Shown here in pieces: positions 48,114 through 57,581 of a stretch of 64,000 nt of DNA (the first letter of the stretch is position 1; every line of letters starts with the position of its first letter). Under the pieces are notes generated by a model, which did no database searches, was not told where the DNA came from, and was given only the letters and a program-made list of their open reading frames with translations. Where the stretch lies: the NCBI GenBank assembly GCA_017408685.1, contig JAFQUE010000036.1:785-64784 (forward strand), in the 5' to 3' direction. The DNA is from Bacteroidaceae bacterium. GTDB taxonomy: Bacteria; Bacteroidota; Bacteroidia; Bacteroidales; Bacteroidaceae. Made by a program: the position numbers and the translations under genes.

Positions 48114-48734
48114 ATGAAAACTATAAGCAGATTACTTATCGTGGCGCTCTTTGCCTGCGTGTTGGCGGTGCCGTCAAAGGGCAAGGCGCAGATATCGCTT
48201 GACAGTTATTACAACATCGACTGGCAGTTCAACATCCCGTTGGGCAACAAATTCTCCAATGGTGCCAGTGGCTGGGGTATGAATTTTGAAGGCGGATATT
48301 ATGTGACATCAGATATTGCAGTGGGTGCATTCATAAACTTCCACACCAATAATGAGTACTTTTCGCGCAGGACATTGCACCTGAGTAACACGCTGGCAAT
48401 GAACAGTGACCAGCAGCACCAGATGTTCACACTGCCTTTCGGTGCACTCATACGCTACAGGTTCATTGAGGCCGATTTCCAACCTTATGTGGGAATGAAA
48501 CTGGGTGCATGCTATTCGGAGTTCAACAACTATTATTACATTTTCATGAGCAGTCAGGACCGTTGGGGGTTCTACATGTCGCCCGAGGTAGGCTTCAACT
48601 GGTACCCATGGCCCAACAGCATTGGATTCCACATGGCGCTTTATTACAGTTTTGCAACAAACAAGTGTGACCTGATGACATACAAGCAGGATATACTCAA
48701 TTCATTCGGTGTGAGATTGGGTATTGCATTCTGA
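48114..48734 (+). CDS. small outer-membrane beta-barrel protein
   Basis: Signal peptide, alternating hydrophobic/aromatic strands, and a C-terminus of ...GVRLGIAF. Confidence 0.55.
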   Translation: MKTISRLLIVALFACVLAVPSKGKAQISLDSYYNIDWQFNIPLGNKFSNGASGWGMNFEGGYYVTSDIAVGAFINFHTNNEYFSRRTLHLSNTLAMNSDQQHQMFTLPFGALIRYRFIEADFQPYVGMKLGACYSEFNNYYYIFMSSQDRWGFYMSPEVGFNWYPWPNSIGFHMALYYSFATNKCDLMTYKQDILNSFGVRLGIAF

Positions 48735-48749
48735 TGGAGTTGACGTTCT

Positions 48750-48793
48750 ATTAAAGCTGATAGGCCGGGCATGCCCGGCCTATCAGCTTTAAT
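48750..48793. terminator. bidirectional terminator between the beta-barrel gene and the second M16 peptidase
   Basis: A 44-nt perfect palindrome, ATTAAAGCTGATAGGCCGGGCA|TGCCCGGCCTATCAGCTTTAAT. Confidence 0.75.
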
Positions 48794-48806
48794 GTTGCAG
48801 GTGGTT

Positions 48807-51623
48807 TTATTCTGCGGGTGTCATACTCACCTCGATGAAGTTGCCCTGGTCAAGTATATACTTTGCAAGCAAACGTATATCCTCGGTTGTAATGCTCTTT
48901 ACAAGTTCTTCGTAACCGGTGTGGTTGTCCTCGTTCTCAAAATAGAAGTTGTACAACCAGTTCATCCAAGCACCGTTCTTCTTCTGGCTCTCCTCGAATG
49001 ACTTGAGCATGTAACTGCGGACCTTCTCTACATGTTCCGTAACGGGTCCCTCGGCTGCCAGTTTCTCAAACTCGCGTATAATGATTGCAGCGAGTTCCTC
49101 GCGGCGCTCGGGTGCCATCTTGAAGTTTACCATGAGTGTGTACTCGCCTTCGGGGAGTTTTGATACAGAACCGCGCACGCCCACACCGTATGTGCCGCCC
49201 TCTTTCTCGCGAACTTCTTCGGTATATACAATATTGAGTACCTGGTTCAAGAAACTCATTACCATCCTGTTTTTGAGTGTGGGCTCAATCTTTCCGCTGT
49301 AGATGATATTCTCGGTTCCGGTGGGGTTCTCCATCTTGTTCTTGAAATTGTTGCGGTATACACCTGTGCGGGTTTCAACAGTTGTCTTCTCTATTTTCTC
49401 TACCCTGCCGTTGCATGGCAATGCGCCTATGTAACGCTCTACGAGCGGCTTGATTGCCTCAAGGTCAACGTTTCCAACAATAAAGAACATGTATCCGGTT
49501 GCGTCACTTGTGCGGTCCTTGTACATCTCAAGTACCTTGTCATAGTCAACTTTGTCGACATCGGCTGCCACGAATGGCTGCACACGCGGGTGATTGCCAT
49601 ACATGGCAACAACCATTGTATCGCTCAATGCAGTGTTCGGGTTGAGATTTCTGTCCTTTAGACTGTTACGCATGCGTGTGGTGTATGACTCGAATGCTTT
49701 CTCGTCCTTTCGTGGCGATGTGTACTTGAGGTACATGAGTTGGAACATCTCCTCGGCGTCTTTTGGTGAACACCCGGCGCTTATGACGTCGTAATATGGT
49801 CCGCTGCCCACATTGGCCGATGCTGTGCTTCCGCTGAGTTTTTTGTCCAGTTGTGTTGCGTCGAATGCACCGAAACCGCCAATGCCGGAGAGTGCTGAAA
49901 GCATGCCGATATTTTCCTTCTCGCTGTCGGGGTAACGGTTTGTTCCACCAATTTTGTAACCTGAAAGGTTGATTCTGTCGGCCTGGAAATCGGTTGGCTT
50001 AACAACAACCTTAATGCCGTTTGAGAGGGTCCACACTGTTGAACCCCACTTGCCCTCTTCGCTCTTTACTATCTTGCCGCCTTCGGGGATGTTCTCAAGC
50101 AGAGGGGCGTCGACCTCGTTGTCCTCGTAAGCAGATATTCTTGCGCCTTCAATCATCTTGAGCAGCATTTCAATATCGTCCTTGCCCGGGTATGTCATAC
50201 CTTCACGCTCCGGAGCATATGATATTGCCACACGGTTATCCTCTCTGTGGAGAGAAGGGATGACTTCGTTGATTTCATCAAGTGTAAGCGAGTTTATGAT
50301 ATCGATAGAGAGTTGGTACTCCACTTCCGGAGCCATAAGGTCAACATCGTCGAGGAAGTGACGTATGCAGTTCTGCACATAATAGTCGTTTGTGCGCTTG
50401 TCGCGCTCGGCATACCAAGAATCCATTCCGGCAATCATGCTTTCCTTGGCACGCTTGAGTTCAGGCTCTGTAAAACCGTAACGGCGTGCTCGCTCAACCT
50501 CGGTGAATACAAGAGGTATTGCCTCGAGTAACTGTTCGGGTTTGCACTGTACCATTACCGAGAATGCCTTTTTCATCTCCGTTACACCAAAACCGCTGTA
50601 ACCTACACCGGCGCGCATGTATGGGGGATTCTCCTTGCTCATGATTTCAGAGAATCGGCTGTTGAGCATTGAAATGGCAACAGAACGTTTTGTGTTGTCG
50701 CGTATGTACTCTTTTGTATTGCGCTGGTCACGTGAGGGAACATCATGCTTGTACATGAGTTGGAGCACGTAGTTCTGTTGTTCCTTGTCAATCTGCTGTG
50801 AGAAAATCATCTCCTTGTTGTCCTCTACGCCATAATATACGCGCTCGGCAGGGTTCTTGGCCTTCTTTATTTTCTTGAAGATTTTCTTTATTTTCTTCTC
50901 AACCTGGTCAACGTCAATGTCTCCTACAACCACAATTCCCTGAAGGTCGGGGCGGTACCACTTTTCATAGTAGTCCCGCAGTGCCTGATGGGGAAAGTTG
51001 TCAACCACATCCATTGTACCTATGGGTAGGCGCCTGCCATACTTGTTACCTGGGAATATATCGGCAAGCATGCGTTCCTGCATGCGCATCATGGCTGTGT
51101 TACGGCCTCTCCACTCCTCGTGGATTACACCGCGTTCCTTGTCAATCTCCTCCGGGTCGAGTGTCAGGCCGTCGGCCCAGTCATGAAGAATCCAAAGGCA
51201 GGAATCTATAGCCCCTTCGGCGTTGACTGGTACATTGTTTATGTTGTACACAGTCTCGTCGATTGATGTGTATGCATTGAGGTCAGCACCGAACTTCACA
51301 CCTATGCTTTCAAGGTAGTTTATCATTGACTTGCCCGGAAAATGTTCTGTGCCATTGAAACACATGTGCTCAAGGAAGTGTGCAAGACCACGCTGGTGCT
51401 CCTCTTCCTGTATTGAACCTACCTTTTGCGCAATGTAGAAGTTTACAAGATTGTCGGGGTTCTCGTTGTGACGGATATAATATGTAAGTCCGTTCTTGAG
51501 CCTGCCAATCCTTATCGACGGGTCAACAGGTAACTGCTCGCCTTTCTGCTGTGCCACCGAAGGCAACGCGAAGAGCATTGCAAGCAACAACAGCATTAGT
51601 AATCTGTTTTTTTTCATGTTCAT
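48807..51623 (-). CDS. M16 (pitrilysin/insulinase) family zinc peptidase, secreted (paralog of 6598-9393)
   Basis: 938 aa. HFLEHMCFNGT zinc motif, and N- and C-termini collinear with the first copy (...ILDQGNFIEVSMTPAE versus ...ILDQGNFIQISLTPAE). Confidence 0.87.
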   Translation of the reverse strand: MNMKKNRLLMLLLLAMLFALPSVAQQKGEQLPVDPSIRIGRLKNGLTYYIRHNENPDNLVNFYIAQKVGSIQEEEHQRGLAHFLEHMCFNGTEHFPGKSMINYLESIGVKFGADLNAYTSIDETVYNINNVPVNAEGAIDSCLWILHDWADGLTLDPEEIDKERGVIHEEWRGRNTAMMRMQERMLADIFPGNKYGRRLPIGTMDVVDNFPHQALRDYYEKWYRPDLQGIVVVGDIDVDQVEKKIKKIFKKIKKAKNPAERVYYGVEDNKEMIFSQQIDKEQQNYVLQLMYKHDVPSRDQRNTKEYIRDNTKRSVAISMLNSRFSEIMSKENPPYMRAGVGYSGFGVTEMKKAFSVMVQCKPEQLLEAIPLVFTEVERARRYGFTEPELKRAKESMIAGMDSWYAERDKRTNDYYVQNCIRHFLDDVDLMAPEVEYQLSIDIINSLTLDEINEVIPSLHREDNRVAISYAPEREGMTYPGKDDIEMLLKMIEGARISAYEDNEVDAPLLENIPEGGKIVKSEEGKWGSTVWTLSNGIKVVVKPTDFQADRINLSGYKIGGTNRYPDSEKENIGMLSALSGIGGFGAFDATQLDKKLSGSTASANVGSGPYYDVISAGCSPKDAEEMFQLMYLKYTSPRKDEKAFESYTTRMRNSLKDRNLNPNTALSDTMVVAMYGNHPRVQPFVAADVDKVDYDKVLEMYKDRTSDATGYMFFIVGNVDLEAIKPLVERYIGALPCNGRVEKIEKTTVETRTGVYRNNFKNKMENPTGTENIIYSGKIEPTLKNRMVMSFLNQVLNIVYTEEVREKEGGTYGVGVRGSVSKLPEGEYTLMVNFKMAPERREELAAIIIREFEKLAAEGPVTEHVEKVRSYMLKSFEESQKKNGAWMNWLYNFYFENEDNHTGYEELVKSITTEDIRLLAKYILDQGNFIEVSMTPAE

Positions 51624-51719
51624 ATATATTTATTTAAGTTATCCTTATTTAATTCTGCCTGCAACTTCACAGCAAAACCCGCCGATGACAAAACTAATCT
51701 CAAAATACGTAATTTGTCG

Positions 51720-51727
51720 CAAAGATA
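51720..51727 (-). promoter_or_regulatory. -7 box TATCTTTG upstream of the second M16 peptidase
   Basis: The plus strand reads CAAAGATA, about 96 nt upstream of the ATG at 51623. Confidence 0.35.
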
Positions 51728-51776
51728 CAACAAATGGATGAAAATGAACGTGAAAATATCTTAAGAATGTGGGCTG

Positions 51777-52451
51777 TCAAAATGTTGTGTATGTAACAAA
51801 TGGCGAGGTATCTCCTTTTATGGCAAGATAAATTGTTTTGTCAAGTATCTCGCGTTCCTCTTCATTTACTTTGGTTGCAGGGTCTGAGGCATAGTCGATA
51901 CATTTCTTGAACATTCCGGCCTGACGGTAAAGGTCGGCTATCTGTACTTCCGGTATACGGCAATATGCAGTAAGGAACAGTATCGCATTGGTAAACATTT
52001 TTGATTGCTCATATGTTGCACGTCTGTCTGTCTTGTCATAGCGGCGATAGACATCGTTATACTGCTGTACGTATTGCATGAAGAGCGACGCGACAAGTCC
52101 CGGTTCATATGTCGACATCAATGCCTCATTGCTGCATATTGCCGCATATTCGCCTATGTCAAGACAACCGTCATCCTCGGCTTCGCCGAAACCGGTCCGT
52201 GCTTCATCCTTAATTATATAATAATATTTGCCGCAATGGGGGCAACGTTGTATGTACGAAATCTGTGAGTCGTTGCAACAATCGATTTTGCCGTCGGACC
52301 AGTATGTGCATACAGTGGTGGTTACCGGTTCCTTTATTACATGTTTCTCACCCCCGCAGTGACTGCATACAAAGATGAAAAACTCATTGCACTTGGGAAT
52401 TATACGGTCTCTAAAGAACCGGCAGAACAGTGGATTGAAATAATCGTCCAT
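51777..52451 (-). CDS. hypothetical zinc-ribbon protein with helical C-terminal domain
   Basis: 224 aa with two CxxC pairs about 34 aa apart (CSHCGG ... CPHCGK), followed by an alpha-helical region. No family recognised. Confidence 0.5.
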   Translation of the reverse strand: MDDYFNPLFCRFFRDRIIPKCNEFFIFVCSHCGGEKHVIKEPVTTTVCTYWSDGKIDCCNDSQISYIQRCPHCGKYYYIIKDEARTGFGEAEDDGCLDIGEYAAICSNEALMSTYEPGLVASLFMQYVQQYNDVYRRYDKTDRRATYEQSKMFTNAILFLTAYCRIPEVQIADLYRQAGMFKKCIDYASDPATKVNEEEREILDKTIYLAIKGDTSPFVTYTTF

Positions 52452-52606
52452 AATGATGTTTGTTTATCTATTCACTTCAAATATAATATCACAAATATGC
52501 GGATGTCAATACTTCTTTTGTTGTTTAACTTATGTTTAACATTTTATACAGTATTGGGATATTCTCTGTTTTTCACTATCTTCGCGGTGATATTAATAGA
52601 GTGAGC

Positions 52607-53653
52607 ATGATAAGATTTGATTCTGATTACATTGAGGGTGCCCACCCGGCAATAATAGAAGTTCTGGCAAAGAGTAACTTTGAGCAGCATGCAGGTTACG
52701 GTTGTGATGAATATTGTGCCCGGGCACGTGATATAATACGCTCTCATTGCAAGGACGAGAGTCTTGGTGTCGAGTTCCTTGTGGGCGGTACACAGGCAAA
52801 CGTTACAGTAATAGACGCATTCCTGCGCAGTTATCAAGGTGTGATTTCGGCCGACAGCGGCCATATAAACGTACATGAGACAGGTGCCCCTGAGGCTACA
52901 GGGCACAAGGTCATTGCACTCCCCTCTTCCGACGGACGCCTGTCGCTTGAGCAGATTGCCGAATGCTACCATAATCATTGGAACGACCATTCGCATGAAC
53001 ACACCGTGCAGCCCGGCATGGTGTACCTGTCGTGTCCGGCCGAGAATGGTCTCATATATTCAAAGGCTGAACTCACTGCCATATCGGAGTTCTGCCATGC
53101 CAACGGACTGTATCTTTTTCTCGACGGTGCACGTCTGGGTTACGGGCTCATGAGTGAGGATTGCGACTTTACGCTATCTGACCTTGCACGCCTGTGCGAT
53201 GTCTTTTACATTGGCGGCACAAAGGTTGGAGCCCTGTTCGGCGAAGCCGTGGTGTTCAAGGAGAAAGAAATGCACCGCAGTTTCCGTTATGCAATAAAGC
53301 AGCATGGCGGCATGCTTGCCAAAGGGCGCCTGTTGGGTATACAGTTTGAACAATTGCTTACCGGTGGTGAGGATTGCCTTTATTTCAGACTTGCACGCCA
53401 CGCGAATCGTCTTGCGAACCGAATAAGGACTGCATTTGAGAAGAAGGGGATTCCCATGTGGATACCCTCGCGCACAAACATGCAGTTCCCTGTGCTTACC
53501 AAGGAGCAGCAGGAGATACTGATGAAGAAGTATGTCTCGGAATTCTGGTGCAAGTATGACGGCGAGAGGGATGTGGTGCGCTTCTGTACCAGTTGGGCAA
53601 CCTGTGAGGAAAATGTAGACCAACTTTGTAAAGATATTGAAGAACTGCTTTAA
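52607..53653 (+). CDS. ltaE: low-specificity L-threonine aldolase / beta-eliminating lyase family PLP enzyme
   Basis: The ATG at 52607 (MIRFDSDYIEGAHP...) is preferred. GGTQANV and YIGGTKVGALFGEAV (PLP Lys) are typical of this family. Confidence 0.78.
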   Translation: MIRFDSDYIEGAHPAIIEVLAKSNFEQHAGYGCDEYCARARDIIRSHCKDESLGVEFLVGGTQANVTVIDAFLRSYQGVISADSGHINVHETGAPEATGHKVIALPSSDGRLSLEQIAECYHNHWNDHSHEHTVQPGMVYLSCPAENGLIYSKAELTAISEFCHANGLYLFLDGARLGYGLMSEDCDFTLSDLARLCDVFYIGGTKVGALFGEAVVFKEKEMHRSFRYAIKQHGGMLAKGRLLGIQFEQLLTGGEDCLYFRLARHANRLANRIRTAFEKKGIPMWIPSRTNMQFPVLTKEQQEILMKKYVSEFWCKYDGERDVVRFCTSWATCEENVDQLCKDIEELL

Positions 53654-53655
53654 CC

Positions 53656-54153
53656 ATGGAATGCGACAAGATTGAAAAGGTACTCTTCTACCTCAAGGAA
53701 AACTCTCTTGAGTACACGTATTATACACACCCCGAGGCGCCTACCATTGAAATAGCACGTCAATATTGGCAGAAGGATGGTTCAAAGCATTGCAAGAACC
53801 TTTTCTTCCGCAACCACAAGGGTAACCGTCACTATCTTGTGGTGCTTGACTGCGAACGCGACCTTGACATACACGACCTTGAAAAGAGACTTCACCAGGG
53901 CAAACTCTCATTTGCCTCGCCTCAAAGAATGGAAAAATATCTTGGGCTAACTCCGGGGTCGGTATCGCCTTTCGGCCTGATAAATGATACGGAAAACCAT
54001 GTGCACCTGTTCTTGGATGAGAATCTTAAGAATGAAGGTTCATTAAGTTTTCACCCCAACGATAACCATGCGACAGTGGTAATATCCCAAGATGAATTCA
54101 TGCGTTACCTTTCAATCGTAGGCAATACATATGAATTCATAGAGATGTACTGA
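53656..54153 (+). CDS. YbaK/ProX-type aminoacyl-tRNA editing domain protein
   Basis: 165 aa. Contains HCKNLFFRN...HYLVV and GLTPGSVSPFGLIND, as in prolyl-tRNA-synthetase-associated trans-editing proteins. Starts 3 nt after the ltaE stop. Confidence 0.78.
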   Translation: MECDKIEKVLFYLKENSLEYTYYTHPEAPTIEIARQYWQKDGSKHCKNLFFRNHKGNRHYLVVLDCERDLDIHDLEKRLHQGKLSFASPQRMEKYLGLTPGSVSPFGLINDTENHVHLFLDENLKNEGSLSFHPNDNHATVVISQDEFMRYLSIVGNTYEFIEMY

Positions 54154-54158
54154 CAGTC

Positions 54159-54863
54159 TCAATAGACAAACGTAAAGAACGAGACAACAGGGATTGCCAC
54201 AAAAGTACCGAACATGGCAATGAGCAGCATGTAGACATCGGAAACCAGATAACCGCTGCTTGTATATTGTGTCGATATCCAGTCACGCCTTGGTCCCGAG
54301 TGCATTCTCTTCTTCACATACGTGTATAGAGTGTATACCCCCCACCCCGTAACTACTCCGATGAATGTGCCGGCAAGTATGTCGCCGGGATAGTGTACTC
54401 CGAGATAAATGCGTGTGAATGCATTCATTGCAGCCCAAAGTATGAGCGAAACAGAAAGTGCCCTGTTCTTGATGAGCAAAAGGACGAAGACTGCTATGCC
54501 GAAAGAGTTAGAGGCATGACTTGATGTAAAACCGTATCGGGCACCCCTGGTCTCCCCTACAACATCTACAATGTACATGAGAAGCGGGTCGCGTGTCGGA
54601 CGCCAACGTTCAAAGAACGGTTTGCATATAGTTGATGAAACGGTGTCGGTGATGGTTACCACAATTGCTATAAAAAGCAACAATACAAGAAAATCCTTTA
54701 TGTTATTGTTCTTTACAAGAACATAGACAAGCATAAGGATAAGAGGAATCCATATCCACATTGATGTATAAACCTTTACGACACCATCCCAAAAGAGGGA
54801 GTCGCTGCCATTCATTGCCAAAAGCAGGTATTTGTCAAAGTCTATCAGTGTGTTTATGTCCAT
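54159..54863 (-). CDS. PAP2 family lipid phosphatase (membrane)
   Basis: Acid-phosphatase motifs KPFFERWRP, TSSHASN and RIYLGVHYPGD. Lies 53 nt downstream of batE on the same strand. Confidence 0.82.
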   Translation of the reverse strand: MDINTLIDFDKYLLLAMNGSDSLFWDGVVKVYTSMWIWIPLILMLVYVLVKNNNIKDFLVLLLFIAIVVTITDTVSSTICKPFFERWRPTRDPLLMYIVDVVGETRGARYGFTSSHASNSFGIAVFVLLLIKNRALSVSLILWAAMNAFTRIYLGVHYPGDILAGTFIGVVTGWGVYTLYTYVKKRMHSGPRRDWISTQYTSSGYLVSDVYMLLIAMFGTFVAIPVVSFFTFVY

Positions 54864-54916
54864 CGTGGTGTTGTTTTATCTGTTTGTGTAAGTCGTTGTC
54901 CTTTGCTTTGTGCAGG

Positions 54917-55711
54917 TCATATCCGCTCAATATCACTGCTCTTGACCCAACCGACCGTGCCATCCTCGAGTTCTATTTCCTTCCAATCCCCTATCGAGTC
55001 ATCGGTAATGGTAACCTTGCGGCCTTCATGTATTTTCATAATGGCAGTACTTGAACTCGGTGCGCTCATCATGGTAGCCTCTTCTTTCATCACAATAGCC
55101 TGTGTGTCGTCTTGGAGCGAAGTGTAGATATTCCACGCTGCTATGTTTGCGAACAAAGTGACAACAAATCCTGTGATGGAAAGTGCAAGCCCGGTGCGGC
55201 GTACGCTGCTTTTGCGCACAAGCAGGAATAGCACTGTGCCCGCAAGTGAGGCTATGAATGCTGCAACTGCAATGATGGCCCAGGTGTCAATACCGAAAAT
55301 CCTTACAAGTGCATGGAACCACTCAATGAAAAAAAGGTCATGCTGCTCCATCACTTCATCCTTCGTGCGGCTCTGGGCAAATTCCAGGTTCGTCCTGATA
55401 TCATCATCTGCAGGAGCCAAGCGTAATGCACGCTCATAGTTTAGAATTGATTTGCCAAGTTCGTTGGAACGGAAATAGGCATTGCCCAAATTGTAGCACA
55501 ACGCTGCTGTAGCACCCTGTTCCTCAATCAATGCTTCGTATATTGCAATGGCATTGGCATACTCTTTGCGGTCATATGCTTCGTCACCAGCACTTTTTGC
55601 CAAAACAGTTGTGCTTGTTTTAATTTCGTTAGTGCCTGTATCATTCGCTGCAAGCAAACCCTGCGGCAAGAGCATGAACAGCAGAATATATAATATCGTC
55701 TTCATTGTCAT
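54917..55711 (-). CDS. batE: BatE-like TPR plus SH3b protein (aerotolerance operon)
   Basis: Signal peptide, TPR repeats (AIAIYEALIEEQG..., LGNAYFRSNELGKSILNYERALRLAP), a TM helix, and a C-terminal SH3b-like GDWKEIELEDGTVGWVKSSDI. It is the last gene of the operon. Confidence 0.7.
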   Translation of the reverse strand: MTMKTILYILLFMLLPQGLLAANDTGTNEIKTSTTVLAKSAGDEAYDRKEYANAIAIYEALIEEQGATAALCYNLGNAYFRSNELGKSILNYERALRLAPADDDIRTNLEFAQSRTKDEVMEQHDLFFIEWFHALVRIFGIDTWAIIAVAAFIASLAGTVLFLLVRKSSVRRTGLALSITGFVVTLFANIAAWNIYTSLQDDTQAIVMKEEATMMSAPSSSTAIMKIHEGRKVTITDDSIGDWKEIELEDGTVGWVKSSDIERI

Positions 55712-55714
55712 AGT

Positions 55715-57541
55715 TTATTTGATAGAGTTCTCCATTTTACTTATCACGTCTATGGACATGGTGTATACCTTTTCCATTGTGGCACCCTTGTCTCCGGGTG
55801 CATATCGGGCAAATTCGCCTTCGCTGAGCAGGTTCTGGAACTCTGTAATGAGTTCTTGCGGCACATTGCGCTCGAGCAGTGTGTTCGCGATATTATCCTT
55901 GGAGAGTTGCGACATTGGAATGCTCAACTTGTCACTGGTGTATCCCCACATGGCCTTTAGGATTTCGTCATAGAACCCGTTTACATTATTATCCTTCATC
56001 AATGCCTTTGCTGCTTTAAGGCGTCGCACGGCAACCTTGTTCGCTTTTTTTGTGCGCACAAGCGATGTGTTTGCATTCTCGGCAACTTTCTTGCGGTAAA
56101 CAACCAGGAAAAGGATAACAAACAGTAGCGGTACGATGTAGAACAGCAGATACTGCGATGAAGCGAAGAACTTGCCATTGTTAACGCTCTCCGTATCGCC
56201 GTATTTTATGTGGCGTATGTCAGAGGCAAGCAATTTTCCTTTTTCCTTGTTTACGGTAGAAGTGACAACGGCTGTTGCATTGGATTCGTTGTTCTTCTCA
56301 ACTTCAACCGTAAATGGTTTGGTCTGAATGGTTTCGTAACTTTGGGTTGAAGTGTTGAAGAAAGACATTTGTACAGCAGGGATTGTGTATGTGCCGCTGG
56401 CCTTGGGTGTAATGAGGTATTCATACACTTTCTCTCCCTTGAAACCGCTTGTCGATAACTTGAACTTGTTGTCGATTACCGGGTCATATGCTTCAAATTC
56501 CGTAGGCAGTTCAAGTTGCGGATTGCCGAGCAGTCTCATGTTGCCTACGCCCTTTACCGTAACCTTCAATGTAAACTCGCTATTGGTTTTCAGCCTGGTA
56601 TCGCTTATAGTGCTGCTTATGCTGAAGTTACCTACACCGCCCGAAAAATCGGCGGGTTTACCGAAGGGAAGTTTCTCCACTTCAAGTTCAAGAGGTCTTG
56701 TCTTGAGCATTTTCTTTACATCGACATATCCGGCAAAACCGTTGAACATCATCTCGAACGGGTCCATGCTGCGACGGTTCTGCACTGCCACTACCGCTTC
56801 AAAATCAAGTGACGGAATCTGTAACTTTCCACTCTCCTGCGGGAAAAGTACAAACTGACGCCACACTACGGTATTGTAGTTGCGTCCGTTATAATGTTCA
56901 AGTTCAAACTGTTTCTCATGCGGCAAATCGACTTCCTGGATATTGAACCCTTTGAGTTCGGGGGTAGGGAAACTGAGATTGGTGAGGTTGACTGCAGAAT
57001 ATACCTTGTATGTAAGCAGGACCGCCTCTTGTTCATACACCTTTGTCTTGTTCAATGTGGCTCTCATGAACAGGTCATCATCTCCGATGTTTGTAGAGGA
57101 GGTGTTATTTTGTTGCCTGCGACTGTTGTCGCCCTGTTGCTGAGCACCTGTCTGGTCGGCTGGTAATACTTTTATTTCTACGCTGTTTGATGTCAGTTCT
57201 TCACCTTTGACATTAATCTTTGCCGGCGGGATAGTGAAGTTGCCCTCGCTCTTCGGCATGAGAATATATGTAAAAGTTACGGAGGATGATGATGTCATCT
57301 TGCCGTTTACACTGCTGTAACTTTGTTGGGTAGAGATATTCGGCCCCGACAGTATGTCGAATTCGGGCATTTCGGCAATCTGCGGTTCTTTGGCATTTGT
57401 GGTGTTTACCGTATATGTGAGTCTGAAATGCCGGTTCATTACCACCGATTTTGGCGCGGAGGCCACAAACGTGATATCATCGGCAAAGACTTTGCCGATG
57501 ATTGATATGAATAGCAACGATGTCAGTAATATCTTTTTCAT
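55715..57541 (-). CDS. batD: BatD-like oxygen-tolerance protein
   Basis: 608 aa with a signal peptide, repeated beta-sandwich modules (GNFTIPPAKINV and GTYTIPAVQMSF), one TM helix and a C-terminal helical domain. Its position is between batC and batE. Confidence 0.72.
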   Translation of the reverse strand: MKKILLTSLLFISIIGKVFADDITFVASAPKSVVMNRHFRLTYTVNTTNAKEPQIAEMPEFDILSGPNISTQQSYSSVNGKMTSSSSVTFTYILMPKSEGNFTIPPAKINVKGEELTSNSVEIKVLPADQTGAQQQGDNSRRQQNNTSSTNIGDDDLFMRATLNKTKVYEQEAVLLTYKVYSAVNLTNLSFPTPELKGFNIQEVDLPHEKQFELEHYNGRNYNTVVWRQFVLFPQESGKLQIPSLDFEAVVAVQNRRSMDPFEMMFNGFAGYVDVKKMLKTRPLELEVEKLPFGKPADFSGGVGNFSISSTISDTRLKTNSEFTLKVTVKGVGNMRLLGNPQLELPTEFEAYDPVIDNKFKLSTSGFKGEKVYEYLITPKASGTYTIPAVQMSFFNTSTQSYETIQTKPFTVEVEKNNESNATAVVTSTVNKEKGKLLASDIRHIKYGDTESVNNGKFFASSQYLLFYIVPLLFVILFLVVYRKKVAENANTSLVRTKKANKVAVRRLKAAKALMKDNNVNGFYDEILKAMWGYTSDKLSIPMSQLSKDNIANTLLERNVPQELITEFQNLLSEGEFARYAPGDKGATMEKVYTMSIDVISKMENSIK

Positions 57542-57581
57542 TTATATGCGTTGTATTTTTGCAAAGTTACTCAAAATTTCC

